Source of the DNA: Selaginella moellendorffii
Lineage: Eukaryota; Plantae; Lycopodiophyta
DNA: 64,000 bases
Assembly (NCBI RefSeq): GCF_000143415.4
Contig: NW_003314409.1
Location: 1 to 64,000 of the forward strand
Direction of reading: 5' to 3'
Positions within the stretch are counted from its first letter, which is position 1. Each line of letters opens with the position of its first letter. Under the pieces are notes generated by a model. The model had not been told where the DNA came from, made no database searches, and saw nothing but the letters and a program-made list of their open reading frames with translations. The position numbers and the translations under genes are program-made. This document shows, piece by piece, positions 23,521 through 35,809 of this stretch.

Positions 23521-26500
23521 TCTTTACACAAGGGTGATGGTATTGTTCCTGTAGTATTTGATAATGTCTATAATTTTGAGCCAAGTTTGTTTGAGTAGTA
23601 CTTCATAGCAGCTTTTGTCTTTCACCATCTTGAGTACGATAAAAGTTACCTTAAATTCTTGATCTTTAATCTTGATAGGAATGTTATGCACGATTCTTAA
23701 TGGTTGTACACTCTGATCATTGGCCACCTTGATGTTGAAGGGTGTAGAGTAGATTGGTCCAAGTCCCATTGCTTTGCAGGTTGAATACTCGATAATATTG
23801 ACATTTGCTCTACCGTTGATGATTACTTATGTAACTTTGTTCTTTCCTAACGTGATTGGGATGCATGGTACATCTTCATCATAGTCGCTAGGTTGGGTGT
23901 TTGCCTTATGGGATGAGTTGGTAGCTTTTTTTCTTGACTTGAGCTAAAGTTTTTTGGTGGAGAAGCTTGACATATTTTGAAAAGTTGTTTTCTCATGTAT
24001 GAATCTACTTGTAAAAGTTCTAGAAGGGTGAGTGTGATACCTTGAAGAATGTTGAAGAATGTTGGTGATGAGCTTTGGTTGCTCCTCTTTTCTTGACAGA
24101 GTTTCAGTCATAATTTCCTAATCATCTTCAACTTCAAGTTGTTGTTGAAGGGTTTGCTGAATTGCATTGACTAGCTCCTTGCTTTGTTGCCTTTCGTGCT
24201 TTGAGATTTCTTGCACTTCATCTTGAAGTTCTTGTTCTTTGACTTTTCCTCAAGGTCATCTTCAGGAGTGTAGTGTTTTTTCTGACTTTGAGTTAAAGCT
24301 CTTACCTCAGGTTCATCTTGAAAGTGTTCATCTTCAATTTGGTCGATGTTGACATTTCTTGTTGTTGAAGGAGGTCTTCGATGTTGCTAATCTTGCTAAG
24401 GAGATTAATTTCCTTGAATTTGTTTTTGTTGGTATTGGGTTGGATTTCTTGAGTTTGAGGTTGCTATTAATAGCTGTTGCGAGGAAATGCTCTAGGTGGT
24501 GGATCATATTGTTGATTTTACTATTGATAATTTAGTTGTTGCAGAGGTGCTCTCCATTGTTGATTGTTGTGGTATTGTTGTTGATAATTGTTTAGCCGGG
24601 GTGGTGGTCTCCATTGTTGGTTGTCCTGATAAGGCTGCTGATATGCCTGTTGATATGGTCGATGATACTGATTGTCTTAGTTGCCATTGTTGTATTATCG
24701 ATGGTATCTAGGGTTAAAATTATATGTACCTTGATTGTGGTAGTTTAGCTACCACTACTATGGTTCTTGTTTGGGTTGATTGTAATGTCTTCTAGTTGGT
24801 GTAGGAGTTCAAGGTATGTTCTCGACTCGTGTGATTTCAGTTGCTCTTTTGTATCGACAGATCTTTGCTATATATCCTTCTTTTTCATAGATTTAACACT
24901 TAGGATTCAGTAGTTTACACTCTATTAGGATATGTCCTCTGTTTTTGCATTTCATACACCATACTCCTTTAATTTCATTCTTGATTGTAACTTTCTTAAG
25001 TATTTTAGTAAGTTCTTGATTCTTGTCTTTCTTCATGACTTCGAGTTTGGATTCTTCCTTATCATCAAAAGACTCATTTGTTCTTGTTGTTTCTACTCTT
25101 AAAAATTTTCAGAGCTATTTCTCGAGGTTTTTGATTTTTTTGGAAATATTGTCAATAGAGGTCTTAGCATTTAAATCTTCTTCCATACTTGCGAAAGCAA
25201 CCATTTGCTAGTATATCTTTTTCAATCCCTGTATATACCAAATATACTTACCTTGTTCAGTAAGTAGATATTTGTAGTGCTTTGCTTAATATTTGAATCT
25301 TCGGGTATAGTCTTTGATATCTTCTTTATTGCTTTGTTTGATGCTCTTGAGATGTTCTAAGTATTCAGCTTTTGTGCCACCGGGTTGGTACTTCTCTTTG
25401 AATCACTTAACTTTTTCTTGAAACTTAAGTTTTTCATCAAGATTATAATACCATTCTAATGCTTTTCTTTTAAGTGTAAAAGGGAATAGAAGTTCTTTGT
25501 TGTCTTCTTGCTAATTGACTTATATAAGTTGGTTGAATTGCTGGAGATGTCTTTCTACATCTTCAATTTTGCTACCGGTGAAGATTGGATACGTAATCAT
25601 GAAGCCATAGAGTGTTGCTGGGTTGATGAGTGCCATCTTTCTACTGTTGGTGATGGTGGAGAAACTAGATAAGACTGAAAGTTGTCAGTGCTATAATCTT
25701 TGTAATCAGGAGTTTTGAGTGGTGGTAAATCTTGATCTAAGTTTAAATTTTGGTTGATTGTGTCTTCCTTGGCATTAGTTGTGTTGATGTTGCTTGGTTT
25801 GCCAACTTGTGTAGCTTGGGTCGTTTTGTCAAAAGTCTTGAATATGGTCTTAAGGATTTCGATTTAAGCTTGAGTCTTCTATTGCTTGTCTACTTCCAAC
25901 TTTTGCTGGAGTTGTTTCTTCTCTTCTCATATTTGTTGTATCTGATCTCACTCTTGTTTCTTGAGTGGATCAAAATTGTGTTTGTACATTCGATGTTGTG
26001 CTAGAGTTTTCTTGAGTTATCATTTTCTTAAATTTACTTTTCTGGTTTTATTATTGTTGTTTTTAGTTTATTGTGTTCTTCTTAAGGAAATGTTGTGTAG
26101 TTGTAGAATCATGTGGTGTAGACTAACATGATCTTATATATTGGTATTTGTGTTGCTACGTTATACTTAGTTTGATAAAGTTGATCAATCTTCAACAAAG
26201 TCGTTGCTCGCCAACTTCAAGATCAAATAGGAGTGTATACTATGGCTACTCTTTTTACGAGTTCTTGTTGTATTAAATTGTTATAAAGTAATTGTGGCCT
26301 ACCTCTACTGGTGTTGTATAAAGTTGTGCGCATCCTCACTATGAGCGTCTGCATTCTCCAATTGATGGTGATATTCAAAAAGGTTGTTGTCCTCAAGGTT
26401 ATTGTTGATACAGGTTTCTTGATTCTTGTATTTTTTATCTTCGATCATTATACATGCTTTGATTAATTGTTATTTTTATTCCCTATCGTCCCCAAGGGAC

Positions 26501-26560
26501 CTCCACTTGTTAAATCCTTAGTATTTGATTTCTATTTTCTTGGTTGCTTCTTAATAGCTC
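23520..26560 (-). mobile_element. Decayed gag-protease half of a retroelement related to 7791-18875
   Basis: GLGPIYSTPFNIKVANDQSVQPLRIVHNIPIKIK aligns with GLGNIQAAPFNVRMADQRVVRPAGIIRNVSITVK. MITYPIFTGSKIED gag motif at ~25560-25600. Confidence 0.8.
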
Positions 26561-26599
26561 ATTTGATAAATGTATATTTTTTTTTCAATAATGTGAAAA

Positions 26600-27900
26600 A
26601 GAAATGCAAGTGCTTATTAATATGGTAGATGGTATACTATTACCAAAAAGAGTTTGGGATAGTTTCCATTGAACTAGATTACTTATTTCCAACTTACTTG
26701 AAACATCAACAAAAGAAGAGATTGAGATTCCACTATAATCCCACCTTAAAGTTATGTTGTGTAGAGTATCTTGAGGGTTTACAACAATAACTAATCTCTC
26801 AGCCACAACTGCATGTATAGCATCCACTATCTTCACAAAAGCTTTATACCATATATTATAAGCATTTATATTTATAGAAGAATAACCAGAATTAGGGATA
26901 TTCTTTCCTTTGGAAATATTTTTACTCTCTATCTTCTGTGGAATAACATCTTCATCATTATTCCCCTGTGTTACAATTGTATTTCCCTAAGAGATTTTGG
27001 TAGGAAATATCTCTATTGGAGACATTAGTTGATTCTGCTTCTATATAGAAAACCCACTAACATCCAACTCACTTGTAAGGGGGGAGTAATTCAAGTTAAA
27101 CACCTTAATAATGCAAAGCAAAACACATTTAACTCTTAAAGAAGCATAGTGACAAATGCATATAGCATCTAAAGATTCTATTGTTCCCTTTGCAATTGAT
27201 TCTCCATTATCTGAAACAATCTCTATTACATCTCCTTCAACAAATTGAGAAAAACAAAGAAAATTACAAATATCAAAACACAAATAGAAGGAAAAAAGTA
27301 CAAAAAAAAGATAAGCAAATAGAAAATTAAAAAACAAAGCTCCTTTTGTGAATATGAGAAAACAAAACATGAAAATATGTAGCGAAAATAATTAAAAATG
27401 CATAAAATAAGCACACACAAAGTCAAAGAATTTCTAGCATGCACTTGCATGCTAAAGACCCAATTTAATGTATTGATGAAAGAATATGAGCTCACAATAA
27501 ACCAAAGTCAAATTAAGAGAGAAACAAATTGGTAAGTGCAAGTTTTTAAAATGACCAGAGAAATGGGGGTTACTTAACTTTGAACAAGCATAGTCTCACA
27601 CTCATTTTTCAAAAATGTAAGGATTACTAACACTCTCTCTCTTGTGGTCTCTTGTTTTTTTAAGCTAGCATGTGGGCTCATGCCTAGCCAAACTCAAATT
27701 TGAGTTTCTCCAAAGAAGCTTGAGATTTCTTGGCGTGAACTTGTACACTTATAGACCAGTTTTGGATGACTCTCTCTTGTAAATAGTGTAGTGTATTTAC
27801 AAGAGAGTCATCCCATACTTGTCTATAGGCATGAGAGTGCATGCCTAGAAATCTCAAAACAAAAGAACAAAGATCATATAGTCTCACGCCAAGCAATACT
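26600..27900 (-). mobile_element. Decayed 5' part of a diverged relative of the Sola1-like transposon
   Basis: GESIAKGTIESLD..CHYASL and VVAERLVIVVNPQD..LVQWKL parallel the two N-terminal domains at 58694-59185. GCATG-N6-CATGC palindromes at ~27434, ~27666 and ~27828. Confidence 0.6.
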
Positions 27901-28625
27901 AAAATACGAATGTATATTCTTTATAATAATGGAAACCATATGTTTTGAGGAAAGAAAAACTTACCATGCCCATAAACAAACCAAAACAGTGTGGGACATA
28001 TATGTGCTTAGGATGTGCTAGAGAGGAAGGAAAAATGCCTCCTAAGATATGATCAATGAACCAGTAGTGGCGAACCCTAGAGAACCCAAATAATAAAACC
28101 TAGGCTAAGAGGGGGAAAATTTGAAATGCAAGCTTGACAAAGAATTTGAAATGCAAGGGTAGTATTATGATACTAATAGCTTGTATCAGCTTTGTTTGAA
28201 TTTAGGCAGGATTATTAAATAATGTAGTACAAATATTTAATGTTGTCATAAAAAAAATGAGATAACTAGAATTGTTTTTAGTATTTATCGAAATTTTGTT
28301 TACAAGATTATATAATGAGAATTATGGCTTGAAATTTATTATTGAAGAGGAGCGCAGTGCTGCTGCTGAGATTCACAACAGCAGCATTGGATCTTGCATT
28401 GCTGGCTATAGCAAACCCACTGCACTTCACACTAATCCTCCATGGAACACCACGGACTCATATGCGAGAGGGGGAGGACTATGCTCCTCATCAGCTAGAT
28501 TTCTGAAGACTCTCCTATGCCCAATCCTATGTGTGTCCCGCTCTCCATCCATTGGGGGGGCGGCTCACAGCATGGCTGGATATCAATGATCGATGTTTGG
28601 GTCAACACATCAAAACAGTGAAGAA

Positions 28626-29992
28626 TCAAGTCTGAACTGCTCTGAAGATATTCTCCAGCATCACATAAGGCAATGCATCACTCACAAGGCTGGACTGGCA
28701 CGTAAATTCCGCAGCATGCATCCCTCGATTCATCTCCCCGTGGTTTTTGCACGCGGTAAGAAACGTTGCCCATGCAACTCCATCTGCTGGCAAAGGCATA
28801 TTCTCCAGGACATCCTCGGCCTCTTTCAATCGCCCTAGTCGTCCGAGAGCATCAACAATGCAGGTGTAGTGGTCTTGCGAAGGATCCAATCCATTGTCAA
28901 AGCTCATTGCCGTGAAGTAGCTTACTGCTTCCTTGACGAGCCCCAGATGGCTACACGCCGTCAAAACGATGGCAAACGCTGCCTTGTCGGGGTCAAAGCC
29001 GTGAAGAAACATCGCCCAAAACAGCTGGATCGCAGAATACGCATGCCCGGTTTGGGCATATGCTGCAAGAATCGTGTTCCAGGAGACCAAGTTCCAAGTT
29101 GGCATCTCATCGAACGCTTTCTTAGCATCACAAATATTTGCATCTAGAGCATATACCACTAGAATTGTGTTCCATGAATAGGAATCCCAGCAGCAAACCA
29201 AACAAAACGCCCGGATCGCCTCTTTGAAACGACCTCTCTGGGCATAAACAGCGATTATCGCGTTCCATGAAACAAGATCTCTGTGTGGCATTTTTTCAAA
29301 CAAGTGTTTTCCTTGATCAGCATCACCGTTTTTCGCGTATGACTTGATCATAATCGTCCACGAAAGTACGCTGTGCTGAGGCATCCTATCAAACAAACTC
29401 TTGGCTTGAATCAAATCCCCATTTTGGGCATAGCAGCAGTGCATCGCCCCCCAGAGGATCGCGTTTCGGTGGACAATCTCCTCCTCCGCCTCCTCCATGA
29501 ATCCATTCTCCGCAAACATGATGAGCATCCGAGTGATACTGTTCTTCTCAGGCATGGAATCAAACGTGGCCTTCACATTGCCCACTCGCCACGCTGTGCG
29601 AAACCCTGCACGAGGATTGTCCACGCTACCACATTCGTCTCGGGCATCTGATCCAGCCCCTCTCTTGCTTGCCCAATCTCTCTGCCGCGAGCAAATCCCC
29701 GCAGCAGCATTGCCCACGTCTTGCAGTTCCTCTCAGGCATCGCATCAAACACCACCTTGCTTGATCCAATCCGCCCGCAATCGCCCAGCACCTTGACCAT
29801 CGCAGTGGAGGAAACTACGTCCCGCACCGCCATTCGATCGAATGCTGCCTTGGCCTCGCCCGGATGCCCACTCTCGGCATACGCGCTCACGAGCACCATC
29901 CACGACACGATGTTCTTGGCCGGCAATGCATCAAAGATCCTTCTTGATTCCTCCAAATGCCCACACCGCACGTAGACAACCAGCATTTCCAT
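28626..29992 (-). pseudogene. PLS-class PPR gene (S-repeat rich, E domain, no DYW), frameshifted
   Basis: PPR repeats in ORF 29573-29992 continue in another frame (KATFDSMPEK...) from ~29585. Several repeats are eroded. Ends in E1/partial E2 (HYTCIVDALGRLG..W.TFLTAC). Confidence 0.8.
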
Positions 29993-31929
29993 ATATAATA
30001 TCTATACTGATGACTTATGATTAGTAAACACAAGTCATAAAGGTCAAGTACAAGAGACTTGCTATAATGAAACTTCAAACAATTAAACACTGAATAGAGG
30101 AAATTGCTAAGCCAAAGTCCACCAAGATCATCACATTTATATTATTTACAACTCCATCAAAAACAAACATAAACTACTTATCTTCCATTAATTTTATATT
30201 GCATGTTATGGAAGAGAGTGGAGGAGAGAGAATAGGAGGACTTTTGTTATTTGTTGGTGATAGAGAAGAAGCACAAGAAATAGAACTCCTATTATCCACA
30301 AATGTCAAAAGAGCATAAGAATATTTTTTAGCATATTATTGATATTTGGCAAAAGTTCCAATGTTATGTCCCCATCCATGACATTCCTCATATCATAAAC
30401 AATAATTGTGTTATGACATGGCATGAAAAGTCAATGATCTACTTCCTAAACTAGACTAAGCCTCCTCTTGAAGTTCCTCACACCCTTGAGCTACCACAAA
30501 AGCTCTTCTACACCACCGCTCCATAATGAGCCTTAGGGTAGGTTAAGTTTTTTACCCTAATATGCCTTCATAAACCCTTGGAGCCTTTTTTTACCGACAT
30601 TGACCATGTGGTCAAAGATGGCACTTAACAATTCTTCCCCCCAAGGATGAGTTGTACAGGTGATCACCCTTTTTGGGGAATTTTGCTCAAGCTCTTGATC
30701 CATCTTCCACAACCATATATATTAAGAAGGCATTGGGCCCATCACTCCAAGATAGTACACCTTTCAATTGGCTAACATAAAATATTGGATGAATTTTCAC
30801 CCTAGCTGGAAGCCGCACCCAATAAGCCACTTTACCGATGCACTCCAGCACTTCATATGGACCAGCAATGAAAAAGTTTATCACTCTTCCCATTCCACAA
30901 AAGGCACTAAGGTGTTCCGTTACTCACTTGACAGAAAGATCCCTTGCACAAAGACGAGATCACCCACTTTATATTCCCAGAATTGGCAATACTCATGAGC
31001 AAACTTCTCCGCTCTATCCTGAGCTGCTTGCAAATTCCATTTGCATACCACCAAAATCTCATCAAATTTTGTGGCTAGATCAGTCACCTCTGAATCAAGT
31101 TTTTCTTGAACATCCTTACTCAAATGCAATTCCAACTCCACTACTATTTGAGGATGCCTTCCAAATATGGCAAAATAAGGATTTAGTTTGGTTCCACTGT
31201 GTTGGCTATTGTTGTAGGCAAATTGCACCAATGGAAAATATAAATCCCATTGTCCCTACCTTTGACCAATGTTACATTGTAGCATATAATTCACATGCTC
31301 AGTTTGCCTATCCGTCTGAGGATGATCTCTACTCGAGAGTTTTAGAGTCACTTGCATAGCGTTTGCAACACTTTTCCAAAATCCATTAGTGAATTTTGAA
31401 TCTCAATTGTTAACAATGTCTTCCGGCAAACCAAAATCAAGAAAAACCTTCTCCAAGTAGACCGTAACCAAGTTTAAGGCAGTGACACTCTTTCGAAGAG
31501 CCAACAACTGCACATACTTCGTCAAACAATCCATTATGACCCATACTTGCTCCTTTTGCCTCTGTGTTCATGGCAAACAAGTGATGAAATCCATAAAGAT
31601 ACTACACCAATGGTTTTGAGGAATAGGTAAATGTTGCAAAAGCCCCCCCAACTTCTCCCATGGCACCTTTACCAGCTGACAGAGCTCACATGACTTACAG
31701 TACTCAAGGATATCAGCCTTCATATTCCTCAAATAGAAATTGTGCTTAATCAACTCATATGTCTTTTTCCCCCCAAAATGACTGGCCTCTGGACAATCAT
31801 GATAGTGGAATAAAACCTGAGTAATTAATGTATCCACTCGTGGCAAATGCATATGGCCATTGTAGTAAAGAATCCCATCCACTAATGAGAAAGGTGCTTC
31901 CATCTGAGCTTGCAACGAGACCACTTCAT

Positions 31930-33873
31930 TGTGAAACACAAATCCCTATGCCCCAAAATGGAGCCGAAAAGCAGGAGTGGAACTCCCAATGAAGTACTTG
32001 AGGAACAAGCACGAAACAAGCAATAAGTGAGTCTTTAGAAAAGGGACACAAGAGGACCAACACATGACATGTGGAAGAATCCGATATGGACCCAAAATGG
32101 AGCTTGAAATGGAGATCGAGACCGGGACTGGGACCAGGTCTGGGTCCAGGTCTGGGTCCGAATACTAACATCGAGACCACTTCATTGTGAAACACAAATC
32201 CCTAAGCCCCAAAATGGAGCCGAAAGCTCCGACTTGAAAAGTCGAGAGCGGGAGTGGAACTCCTAATGAAGTACTCGAGGAACAAGCACGAAACGAGCAA
32301 TAAGTGAGTCTCTAGAAAAGGGACACAAGAGGACCAACACATGACATGTGGAAGAATCTGAGATGGACCCAAGATGGAGCCCGAAATGGAGATCGAGACT
32401 GGGACTGGGACCAAGTCCGGGTCTAAGTCTGGGTCCGAATACTAATATGTTAGCTTCTAAATTTGGACTTCCCAGGAGGTCATCCAGCCCAGTACTATTC
32501 AAACCCAAGGACACTTAACCCCAAGTATCTTAAAACCCTTAACCAATTGGAAAAAAGGGTGCACTCTTATTCATGGGCATTTTCCTTTTATATTTGAACC
32601 CCATGGATCGTCTCTCGAGTCATCCCCTTTGGTTGCTTACATAATACAAAGTATTAGGTAAAAGCCCAAAGCAATTGTCCCCTGATGGGTGGGTGGGGGG
32701 GCTATAGGGGGTTCTAAAAGTATAGTAGGGAGAGTGTGGGGCTTGGACCCCAGTAGAGCCAATTTGGCCAGGAAAGGCTAGTTTGGCTTAAAAAGGCTAG
32801 ACCCAGCTATTGGGTGATGGGATGACCACTGGGAAGTCCAAAGCTAGAGTGAATATAGACTAACAAACGAGGTAACTCGGTGAAGTGTTCAAGAGTCAAC
32901 TCTAGTTCCCCCAGGAGATCAAATGGTTGATGCTTCCAATCTAAGCATGGGTGGCACTACTTACTTGGATACCTGGCGTGGCTCAATGAAACCTCGCTCT
33001 AAGCCCATGGCTAGAGCACCCAAAGGTGGAAGGTAGGGAGAGTACCCATGAGGCTTGCGTAGGGCCACAGTGTTCTGAATTGTTGTCCCAAGTCCCAAAC
33101 TGTGGAAAAGAAGAGGAGCAATCCTCTAGTGTAGTGACCAAGGACATGGTCATGTGGCAAGGAAATCCCAGAGGACCATGGGACTTAGTGGTCAGGCTTA
33201 TGGGCATTGATCCAGTGGCAATGTTGGCAAAAACGGCCATAGACAAAAAAGGGACTTGGTGGGGACCAAAAAAGGGATTTTGGGGAAGGATATTCCCCAT
33301 GTGTACAGGCATCCTAAGAATGCTAAGGAGTGGATCTGGGATGATCACTCATGGATGGATGGCCCAATCTTGAGAGATGGGACTATGATGCAGGTGGTGT
33401 TAGACCACCGGTATGACCAAGGTGAAGGGGCAGGGCCTTAGCGTAATGGGTGGATATGAGCCTTGGTCTTGATGGCCTCTTACTTAGACGTTACTACTTT
33501 TGCTTACAAGGTTGTAAGTCTCTATCTTCCTCTACGATACGACGCGAGGTTGAGGACTCTTGATTGCGGATACTTGTTGCCGTAAGGAGTTGAGAGTTTG
33601 ATTGTCTTTAATTATAAAATATGATTACTACTACGGATGAGTATCATGTATATTTTGCATATCAAGGCTTGGAGGAGTCTCACTCACAACCTCCATAAGT
33701 TTTATTCCGGATGTGGGGCTTGCTATCCCTGAGAATGGCATTTATATTACTTAACCTTTGCACTTGATCCAAGTGCTTTATGTGTCCGATCCCATGACTG
33801 ATACCCCAAGGTACCACTAACATATCAGTGTGGTTAAGTGACTAAAGTAGAATGGAAAAATTAGTCGCTTACA
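31930..33873. mobile_element. Probable solo-LTR-like insertion with a ~256-bp tandem duplication at its left end
   Basis: Separates the RH and INT remnants. TG...CA ends. 31916-32170 is repeated at 32172-32445. Contains the shared LTR block at ~32660-32735. TSD only partial (TTCAT/CTCAA). Confidence 0.5.
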
Positions 33874-35289
33874 CTCAACATCTTGAGCCTAAACACACTC
33901 AACCAGCTGCCCAAACTTGCTAACCACCTTACTCAAATGATGACAAAACCATGTTTGTAAAGCCATCATATGGTGAACACAAGATAAAGCATCTGCCACC
34001 ACATTCGATTTTCCCAAACAATGCTCAATAGGAAACTCCCCAAACTCCATGAGTTTGACCATCCAATGAGCTTGCCTAGAGTTCAACTCTTTCTATGTGA
34101 AAAGATATATAAGGGGTTTATGATCCGTTAACACCATGAACACTGCACCATAAAAATAGTGTTGCCATATCCGTAAAGCATGAACAATGGAGAGTAACTC
34201 TTGCTCATATGTGGAAAACTGTTGCTCTGCAGGATTCAAAGTTTGACTCTCATATGCAATAGGCTGTCCCTCTTGCATGAGAACTCCTCCCAATGCATAA
34301 CCATTCACATCACATATCACCTCATAAGGTTTTGATGGATTAGTAATGCAAAGCACTGAGGTCTCGCTCAACAACCATTTCAATGCCACAAAACTATCCT
34401 CATATGGCTACTTCCACTCGAATGGCACATTCTTATGCAACAATCATGTCAAAGGAATAGCCACCTCTATAAACTTATATTGAAAAATATTGATAATAAC
34501 TAGCCATACCAAGGAAACTACATAACTCAGCCACTGAAGTCAATGTAGGCCAATTTTCCACCATAGCCACCTTCCTTGGATTTGTTTTGACATCCTTGGA
34601 TGTTATAATATGGCCTAGATATTCTATCTTTGACTTTACAAACTCATATTTACTCTTCTTCACATAAAGTTTGTTGTCACAGAGTAACAAAAGAACCTTA
34701 TGCAAATGCATCTTATGCTCCTCCATATTCTTGGTGAAAACAAGAATATCATCCAAAAAAATCTCTACAAACTCATGAAGATAACGCCCAAAGACTTTTA
34801 TCATCAACTGAGTAAATGTGGCTGGTGCATTCATCAAACCAAAGGCATAACCATAAACTCAAAATGCCTGAAACTCGTGTTGAATGCCGTCTTGGAGATA
34901 GATGCATCATCCATGGCAATCTGATGATATCCACTCCTCAAATCAGTCTTAGTAAATATTAGTGCTTCACCAAACTTGTCTAAGATATCATTCACATGCG
35001 GCATTGACATCTTGTCCTCTACAGTCCTCTTGTTTAAAGCACGGTAGTCAATATACATCCTCATTGAGCTATCCTTTTTCTTCACAAGCAAAACCAGAGC
35101 ACCAAACGGAGACTTACTTAGTTGAATAAATCCAAACTCAAGTAACTCCTTGACTTGTTGTTGAACTTCTTGCTCCTCAGCATAGCTCAACTAAAATGGA
35201 TGCTAGTAAATTGGCCATGTCCCTAGCTTTAACATAATCCCATACTCTACACCTTGTAATAGAGTCAATCCATAAGGAAGTTTAGAGGG

Positions 35290-35809
35290 TGTAGCACATG
35301 TGATCATGGGATGAGATTTAAATATACTGTCACCGTGGATCCTTGGAACCTTGGGGGATAAATGGGGATAAAATAGCCACTAAGGGCTCTCTCATCAAGC
35401 AATTGCCCCTTTTTCAATTGGCTTAAGGGGAGAGAGATAAGCTGCGTTCAAGGTATATTCCTACCCCTAAATTTGAAATCATATGTATTGGGCATCCATG
35501 CATACATCCTTCCTCTTGTGTGGAGTATCCACGGACGAAGGATTGGTAGATTGAGTGCGGAAATAGAGGTGTTGGTTCCCCTTGGCTCAATAGGGGTTGC
35601 TAGTCAATACTCAATGAGGACATTGACATCTCTGAAGGGGGGGTGAGTGTAGCGCATGTGATCATAGGATGAGATTTGGATGTATTGTCACCGTGGATCC
35701 TTGGAACCTTGGGGGATAAATGGGGATAAAATAGCCACTAAGGGCTCTCTCATCAAGCAATTGCCCCTTTTTCAGTTGGCTTAAGGGGAGAGAGATAAAG
35801 TGCGCTACA
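35290..35809 (+). mobile_element. TRIM (terminal-repeat retrotransposon in miniature), 520 bp
   Basis: ~161-bp direct repeats at 35290-35450 and 35648-35809. TG..CA ends with TGTAGCGCA/TGCGCTACA inverted termini. PPT GAAGGGGGGGTGAG. TSD GAGGG at 35285-35289 and 35810-35814. No coding capacity. Confidence 0.88.

Noticed and set aside
22877-23554. 225-aa LGLD/RS-rich ORF
   Set aside because: Produced by a hexamer/12-mer tandem repeat in an LTR-like fragment.
32660-32735. Hammerhead ribozyme (retrozyme) in the LTR block
   Set aside because: Could not find the CUGAUGA/GAAA core with supporting stems.
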